From: Ilumatobacteraceae bacterium
Lineage (GTDB): Bacteria > Actinomycetota > Acidimicrobiia > Acidimicrobiales > Ilumatobacteraceae
Length of the DNA: 50,559 nucleotides
NCBI GenBank assembly: GCA_016463545.1
Contig: JAEMRC010000001.1
Coordinates: 1 to 50,559, forward strand
Direction of reading: 5' to 3'
In this document: in pieces, positions 45,281 to 50,559 of the stretch
Numbering within the stretch: the first letter of the stretch is position 1
How the letters are laid out: each line of letters opens with the position of its first letter
Notes under the pieces: model-generated
The model's input: only the letters and a program-made list of their open reading frames with translations
Told to the model about the DNA's origin: nothing
Database searches by the model: none
Translations under genes and position numbers: made by a program

Positions 45281-46660
45281 TTAGTCAGCGAGTCGCTGCA
45301 TCTTGGTTGCAATTCGACGATGAATGCTGAGCATTTCATCAACCCGAGTGCTCACAAGTTCGCCGTTGCGCACAATTGTGCGGCCGTGCACGATTGTGTC
45401 TCTTGCACTGATCGGGCCACAGCGCATCCAGGCCTCAATCGGGTCGGCGATTGCCCCTGCAAACCGCACGCCCTGCAGTGACCACACGGCAACATCTCCA
45501 ACTGCCCCAATCTGCAGACTTCCAATCTCGCCGAGACGACCCAAACAACCAGCACCTCCGATGGTGGCGCATTCAAGTGCCATGCGCGCATCAGCAGCGC
45601 CAGCGCCACTGCGCAATTTTGCCAACAGCATTGCTTCACGCGCTTCCATCCATAATGAAGCACAGTCAGCAGACGACGAACCATCTACTCCAAGCCCGAC
45701 ATGCACACCAGCGGCTCGCAGTTCGATAATCGGTGCAATGCCAGAAGAAATAATCATGTTGCTACTAGGACAATGCGCAGCACCGATTCCGGCTGCACCA
45801 AGAGCTTGAATCTCATCGTGATTAGGCATGACACAATGCGCCACCCATGTGCGATCACTCAGCCAACCCACGTCTCGCAAATACTCGAACGGGCGACATC
45901 CAAACATCCGCAAAGAAAAATCATCATCTTCGACGTTTTCTGCGAAGTGTGTATGAAGACGAACATCAAGTTTTTCGGCAAGTTCTGCCGACCGAATCAT
46001 CAATGATTTTGTGACGCTAAAAGGCGAACACGGGGCAAGCGCAATGCGCACCATTGCGCCATGACTGCGATCGTGATGCCGTTCAACTGCAGTTTGAGAC
46101 TCAGCCAAAATCTCATCATCATCTTGGACCACATTGTCAGGCGGCAATCCGCCATCTTTTTGTGACAACGACATTGATCCACGAGTGGGATGAAATCTGA
46201 TTCCGAGGTCTTGTGCTGCTGCGATTTCGGCTGATAACAAATCTCCACCACCGCGAGGGTGCAAATACAAATGATCCGTTGATGTTGTGCAACCAGAGAG
46301 GGCGAGTTCAGCCAGGCCAACCCATGCCGAGACATGCGCGCCTTCTTCGTCAAGAACACTCCAGAGTGGATACAAGGTTTGCAGCCACCCGAACAACGCT
46401 GCATTAGTCATTGGCGGAAATGATCGTGTCAAGTTTTGGTACATGTGATGGTGCGTATTAATGAGACCAGGAGTAACCAAGCAGCCGCGCGCATCGATGA
46501 TCTGTGTCGCTAGTGGTGCTGCATCGTGCACGCCTCCGAGCCCTGAGATGAACCCGTTTGTGATGGCCACCCACCCACCGGGTATTTCGCGACGCGCCTC
46601 GTCAACAGTGGCGACAAGATCTGCATTGGTGATCAAAAGGTCTGCGTGTTGAGTGTTCAT
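45281..46660 (-). CDS. Metal-dependent amidohydrolase, 8-oxoguanine deaminase / aminohydrolase-like
   Basis: 459 aa (LINTHHHMYQNLTR metal-binding motif, HTHFAE, AHC, GVDGS). Confidence 0.72.
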   Translation of the reverse strand: MNTQHADLLITNADLVATVDEARREIPGGWVAITNGFISGLGGVHDAAPLATQIIDARGCLVTPGLINTHHHMYQNLTRSFPPMTNAALFGWLQTLYPLWSVLDEEGAHVSAWVGLAELALSGCTTSTDHLYLHPRGGGDLLSAEIAAAQDLGIRFHPTRGSMSLSQKDGGLPPDNVVQDDDEILAESQTAVERHHDRSHGAMVRIALAPCSPFSVTKSLMIRSAELAEKLDVRLHTHFAENVEDDDFSLRMFGCRPFEYLRDVGWLSDRTWVAHCVMPNHDEIQALGAAGIGAAHCPSSNMIISSGIAPIIELRAAGVHVGLGVDGSSSADCASLWMEAREAMLLAKLRSGAGAADARMALECATIGGAGCLGRLGEIGSLQIGAVGDVAVWSLQGVRFAGAIADPIEAWMRCGPISARDTIVHGRTIVRNGELVSTRVDEMLSIHRRIATKMQRLAD

Positions 46661-46765
46661 AGAGTTACTTCATTGTTCCGAGCACGATGGCAATATCTTC
46701 CAACTGAGTCTCTTGCTTTTGCGGTCGAACCGGTGCATCGCTACCAACGGTGTCGTTTCTGACAA

Positions 46766-46921
46766 CTAGACGTTGGTCTCGAGTAGTTCACTGCCTTCGT
46801 GTCGAATCTCTGCATCTCGATACAAGAAATGTCCGATGAGCGCCGCGAGAGCAGCAGTTGACAAACCAACCACAACGGGGAAGGCAAGTAACACAAGAAT
46901 GATAATTATGACGCCTGGCAT
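46766..46921 (-). CDS. Candidate 51-aa single-TM small protein
   Basis: My translation: MPGVIIIILVLLAFPVVVGLSTAALAALIGHFLYRDAEIRHEGSELLETNV*. The ATG is 5 nt after the ridA stop. It is below the ORF-track length cut-off. Confidence 0.3.
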   Translation of the reverse strand: MPGVIIIILVLLAFPVVVGLSTAALAALIGHFLYRDAEIRHEGSELLETNV

Positions 46922-46926
46922 GATAA

Positions 46927-47289
46927 TTAGCGTACTGGCTTGTACGCCCAGGCCTCAATCTCGACATCACCATTAAACGGCAATGCAGCGACTCCAATCG
47001 TGCTGCGCGCAGGACGACTGTCTCCAAATCCAGCGACATACGCTTCGTTGAATGCTGCGAATGTGTCCATGTCTGTAAGAAAGCACAACGTTTTGCTGAC
47101 ATCTTTGAGCGACGCTCCCATTGTTGCGAGTTGCGCCTTTAGATTTGCCACTGCTTGAGCAGTTTGTGCTGCCACACCGCCCGCGACTATTGCGCCGTCT
47201 TTGATGCCAAGTTGACCTGACACAATGATCCAGTCTCCGGCTCGCACGGCTGGGGTATAGGGACTCGCTGGTGGTGATTGTTTGGGCAT
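46927..47289 (-). CDS. ridA: RidA family reactive-intermediate (enamine/imine) deaminase
   Basis: 120 aa, YjgF/RidA fold motifs (YTPAVRAGDWIIVSGQLG ... PARSTIGVAALP). Confidence 0.85.
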   Translation of the reverse strand: MPKQSPPASPYTPAVRAGDWIIVSGQLGIKDGAIVAGGVAAQTAQAVANLKAQLATMGASLKDVSKTLCFLTDMDTFAAFNEAYVAGFGDSRPARSTIGVAALPFNGDVEIEAWAYKPVR

Positions 47290-47327
47290 ACCTCTTACTG
47301 TAGGTCACCACCCCCTCTACGATTGCA

Positions 47328-48212
47328 GTGATGACATCTCTTCTCCCATTTTCACGACGCACTTTTTTGATCTATGCCGGCACTACAACTGTCGGCGCTT
47401 TTGCCTTGGGCGCGTGCGGCGGATCAGCCCCATCATTGCCCAAAGGCGTGGCCCTCGTACAACGATTCCCCAATGATGTCCTCGTGCCTGGCACTGTTCG
47501 CTTGCCGATTTCATTAGCCGTTCAAAAGGGTGTCCTCACTGACGCAGACACATCTCTTCCCGAAATACTCACGGCCAAGGTCGTTGATACTGCCTCTGGC
47601 AAAACTGTCGTCCAACAAGTGACATCAACCAAACACACCACAGGTGTTCCGCAGCCGTACTGGCCGTTCACCGTCACCATTGATACGCCCGGTATTTATT
47701 CGCTCGTTGTTGATGGTGGTCCGTCAGATGGTGCAGCGTTTCAGATACTGGAGCGCACTGCAGTACGCATTCCACTCGTTGGTGATGCGTTGCCGCCATT
47801 TGATACACCGACAACCATAAATGACAACGGCATCAACCCAATTTGCACCCGCACAGAGGGCATCTGTCCATTTCATTCCATCACACTGACCGAAGCACTT
47901 CGCTCGGGAAAACCTGTCGTATATCTCATAGGCACACCTGCGTACTGCCAAACCGGCACATGTGCACCTGCTCTTGATGCACTTATCGCCGTACAAAAAA
48001 ATGTTGGCGACTCAGTCGTATTTATTCATGCTGATGTGTACACAGATTCGACCGCAACAACTCCTGCTCCAGCAGTGAAGGCATACAACATGTCGTATGA
48101 GCCAGCGTTATTTGTCGCCGACTCAAAAGGCATTCTTCAGGCGCGACTTGACGCCATTTTCAACGAAGAAGAAGTGCGCAGTGTGTTGCTCTCGGCAACT
48201 GGAATCAGCTAA
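47328..48212 (+). CDS. Tat-exported lipoprotein of unknown function, possibly with a thioredoxin-like C-terminal domain
   Basis: 294 aa with twin-arginine SRRTFL followed by lipobox ALGAC, and a CQTGTC motif in the C-terminal part. Confidence 0.55.
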   Translation: MMTSLLPFSRRTFLIYAGTTTVGAFALGACGGSAPSLPKGVALVQRFPNDVLVPGTVRLPISLAVQKGVLTDADTSLPEILTAKVVDTASGKTVVQQVTSTKHTTGVPQPYWPFTVTIDTPGIYSLVVDGGPSDGAAFQILERTAVRIPLVGDALPPFDTPTTINDNGINPICTRTEGICPFHSITLTEALRSGKPVVYLIGTPAYCQTGTCAPALDALIAVQKNVGDSVVFIHADVYTDSTATTPAPAVKAYNMSYEPALFVADSKGILQARLDAIFNEEEVRSVLLSATGIS

Positions 48213-48537
48213 ACGATTTGCCGCAACCACAACTACGTGTGGCTCCGGGATTACTGATTGCAAAACCTTGTTCGTTAAGTCCGTCTTTGAAGTCAAGACT
48301 TGCGCCTTCAAGTAGCGGAGCAGATGCTGGGTCAACAACAACTCGCACTGCGCCAAATGTGATGACGATGTCATCGGCAGCAATGTCGCCATCAAAATAC
48401 ATGTCGTACTGAAACCCTGAGCATCCGCCAGACTTAACGGCCACGCGCAATGCCATTTCGGCCGCACCTTCGTCGAGAAGCAATTGCTCTACTTTGACTG
48501 CGGCTGCATCGGTCAGTGTGATCATGAGAACCTCCAA
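48205..48537 (-). CDS. erpA: Iron-sulfur cluster insertion protein, IscA/HesB/ErpA family
   Basis: 110 aa (GGCSGFQY ... SCGCGKSFS). Confidence 0.88.
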   Translation of the reverse strand: MEVLMITLTDAAAVKVEQLLLDEGAAEMALRVAVKSGGCSGFQYDMYFDGDIAADDIVITFGAVRVVVDPASAPLLEGASLDFKDGLNEQGFAISNPGATRSCGCGKSFS

Positions 48538-48601
48538 GGGCTTGGCTAAGGATTATGACGGTATTTCTACCCTTCACCCTACAGCCCCGTACACTGGATA
48601 T

Positions 48602-49777
48602 GTGAGCCAAACCAAGGCCCCCAGCATTGACGACATCCGCTCGTTGTTGCGCGCCGTCATGGACCCAGAACTAGGCGACAATATCGTCGACCTTGGCATG
48701 ACTGGAGACATCACGTTTACTGATGGGCTCGTCACTGTGGCCATGAAACTCACTATTAAAGGCTGCCCGTTGCGTGTGCAGATCCGCAACGACATTGAGT
48801 CTCGCCTGCTCGCTCATCCGGCCATCACCAAAGTCACCATTGATTGGGGCGAGATGACACCAGATGAACGCACTGCGGCCATGACTCGTGCCCGCTGGAA
48901 CGCCAAAGAACAAGCAACCGATACGGCGGTTCCCGCCAACACGCGCATCTTGGCGATTGCCAGTGGCAAGGGCGGCGTCGGAAAGAGTTCGGTCACAGTG
49001 AATTTGGCCGCCGCATTAGCCCAAGCCGGAAAAATCGTTGGTGTGTTAGATGCCGACATTTGGGGATTCTCGATTCCGCGCATGCTCGGCATGCCTGACC
49101 GCTTGCAAGCACGCGCGGTTGTTGGTCGAGAAAAACCAATGATTGTTCCTAATGTTCGCGTTGTTGGTTCAGGTCTGCTCAAAGTTGTCTCCACCGGAAT
49201 GTTGGTAGAAGACGAAAGTACAGCGCTGATGTGGCGTGGCCTGATGCTCACTAAAGCTGTCGAGCAGTTTCTTCATGATGTTGAGTGGGGAGAACTTGAT
49301 TACTTGCTCATCGACATGCCGCCCGGAACAGGTGACGTGCAGATGGGGCTCGCTCGCATGTTGCCGCGCACTGACTTGCTCATCGTCACAACGCCTGCAG
49401 TATCTGCCCAGAAAGTTGCTATACGTGCAGCAGACATGGCACGCCGCAGTTTTTTGCGTGTCGCCGGAGTGATCGAGAACATGAGCACATTCGAATGTGA
49501 TCACGGCACGCAATACGCACTGTTTGGCACTGGCGGCGGTCAAAATCTGGCCAACGAGATTGGTGTCGAACTACTCGGTCAAGTACCAATCGAATCAACC
49601 GTCGCTGCTGGCAGCGACTCTGGTGAACCAGTAGTGCTCGCCAACATCGGTAAAGCGGCTGGCGTCTTTTTGGCAATTGCGCAACGCATTATTGACGACA
49701 CTCCTGATGCAACAGAAATGTCTGGGTGTACGGCCCGCGTTGAAGACGTCGTTGCAGTGAGCGTGCGCGGTCGCTAG
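48602..49777 (+). CDS. Mrp/ApbC-type Fe-S cluster carrier ATPase with N-terminal DUF59-like domain
   Basis: Deviant Walker A SGKGGVGKSS and an N-terminal VMDPELGDNIVDLGM. The track ORF (from 48494) would overlap the divergent erpA start. The GTG at 48602 gives a family-typical N-terminus. Confidence 0.85.
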   Translation: MSQTKAPSIDDIRSLLRAVMDPELGDNIVDLGMTGDITFTDGLVTVAMKLTIKGCPLRVQIRNDIESRLLAHPAITKVTIDWGEMTPDERTAAMTRARWNAKEQATDTAVPANTRILAIASGKGGVGKSSVTVNLAAALAQAGKIVGVLDADIWGFSIPRMLGMPDRLQARAVVGREKPMIVPNVRVVGSGLLKVVSTGMLVEDESTALMWRGLMLTKAVEQFLHDVEWGELDYLLIDMPPGTGDVQMGLARMLPRTDLLIVTTPAVSAQKVAIRAADMARRSFLRVAGVIENMSTFECDHGTQYALFGTGGGQNLANEIGVELLGQVPIESTVAAGSDSGEPVVLANIGKAAGVFLAIAQRIIDDTPDATEMSGCTARVEDVVAVSVRGR

Positions 49778-50559
49778 CCAAGTTCGTCGTAGCCAGATTC
49801 ACCTGGCATGACAATTGCAATCACTTTGCCATCAGAGTTCAGTCGCAGACGAGGCTCAATCACTGGCGGCACACCAACTTTACGAGCCGCGTCTAGAGCG
49901 TCATCTGCTGTCCTGCAGTCAAGCAAAAATTCAAGGCTGCTGATTGTTGGGGGCAACATTTGCAGATCACCTGATGCAAAGCGACTAAGAGCATCATGAG
50001 GCTTCACCCACAGGCTTTCAATGGTCTCGCCGTCGTCATGCAAGGGTTCTTGTGCTTGCGGCGCACGAGCCACAAAGAAACGTGTATCGAAACGGCGACG
50101 TTCGCCAGCCGGTGTGATCCAGTGGCTGACATAGTGAATTGCATCTGTTGTGAGGCGAAGATTTTCTCGACGACAGAGTTCTGTCAATGAGAGTTCACCC
50201 TCGTGTACTAAATGTCGGGCTTCTTCGAATCGTTCAATCACCTCAGGAGTATCAAAACGCACGACCTCTCCGGTATCGGCATGTCTTGCCAAAAGAACAC
50301 CTGCTTCTTCAAAACATTCACGAATTGCCGCCACCCAAAATGACAGGCCGTTGCGCGGAATCTGAAGAAGAGAACTCGCATGTTCGTCGGTGAGCCCATC
50401 ACAGATTTCCCCAAGTTCTTCGTGAGAATCTGCATCATCAACTCGTCCACCCGGGAACACATACATTCCACTCGCAAACGCCGCAGACAATGTTCGTCGC
50501 AACATAAATACATCTAGACCAGACTCATCATCACGCACCAGCAATACCGTTGCGGCTGG
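49774..50559 (-). CDS. NUDIX hydrolase; 5' end probably beyond the right edge
   Basis: Nudix box GGRVDD...AAIRECFEEAGVLL. The frame is still open at 50559 (PAATVLLVRDD...), and the track start at 50544 is a TTG. Confidence 0.75.
   Translation of the reverse strand, partial: PAATVLLVRDDESGLDVFMLRRTLSAAFASGMYVFPGGRVDDADSHEELGEICDGLTDEHASSLLQIPRNGLSFWVAAIRECFEEAGVLLARHADTGEVVRFDTPEVIERFEEARHLVHEGELSLTELCRRENLRLTTDAIHYVSHWITPAGERRRFDTRFFVARAPQAQEPLHDDGETIESLWVKPHDALSRFASGDLQMLPPTISSLEFLLDCRTADDALDAARKVGVPPVIEPRLRLNSDGKVIAIVMPGESGYDELG

Noticed and set aside
1-50559. Search for CRISPR arrays, IS elements or inverted terminal repeats, integrases, toxin-antitoxin pairs, restriction-modification or other defence genes, rRNA and tRNA.
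   Set aside because: None found. Every intergenic region longer than about 70 bp was read on both strands, and nothing resembled repeat-spacer structure, transposase motifs or tRNA cloverleaf elements.

Overview
This 50.6-kb window reads as core chromosome of an actinobacterium. Supporting signs are mycothiol mshA, rex-hemA-hemC-hemD / hemB-hemL synteny, a GlnR-type orphan regulator, an RsiG-like protein, many ATGA/GTGA coupled junctions and frequent GTG/TTG starts. GC looks moderate by eye.

Content from left to right:
- The start of a second nuoA-nuoB operon that runs off the left edge.
- A GATase1 / ilvA / C26 gamma-glutamyl hydrolase group.
- A complete nuoA-N operon (18785 down to 3714, minus strand). 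It is preceded on the same strand, with gaps of 36 nt or less, by a seven-gene Rieske/cytochrome b cluster of the split b6 type: TM protein, 2x[4Fe-4S] ferredoxin, cytochrome b6-like, subunit-IV-like, Rieske, dihaem cytochrome c, TM protein.
- A divergent monohaem cytochrome c and a geranylgeranyl-reductase-family flavoprotein.
- Haem biosynthesis genes behind rex.
- A SAM-hydrolase (DUF62) gene, proC, an Rv0487/YbjN-like gene interrupted by an in-frame TGA, and mshA.
- A translationally coupled MoaD-like / RsiG-like pair, a histidine phosphatase and an MFS transporter.
- nadE and a nitrogen block glnII-glnA2-glnR.
- An amidohydrolase, RidA, a Tat lipoprotein, erpA, mrp/apbC and a NUDIX gene that is cut by the right edge.

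I found no rRNA, tRNA, CRISPR array, transposase, integrase or phage-like gene, so this is not an accessory or defence island.

The best candidate for something new is the b6-type Rieske/cyt b module with its own ferredoxin gene. It is fused to the nuo operon, and the cytoplasmic tails of two of its redox subunits share an N-terminal peptide motif. Secondary leads are the paralogous nuoAB operon, a structured 219-bp intergenic element, the TGA-interrupted gene and the RsiG-like c-di-GMP motif protein.

All product calls rest on motif-level recognition of the translated ORFs. No database search or folding computation was run.
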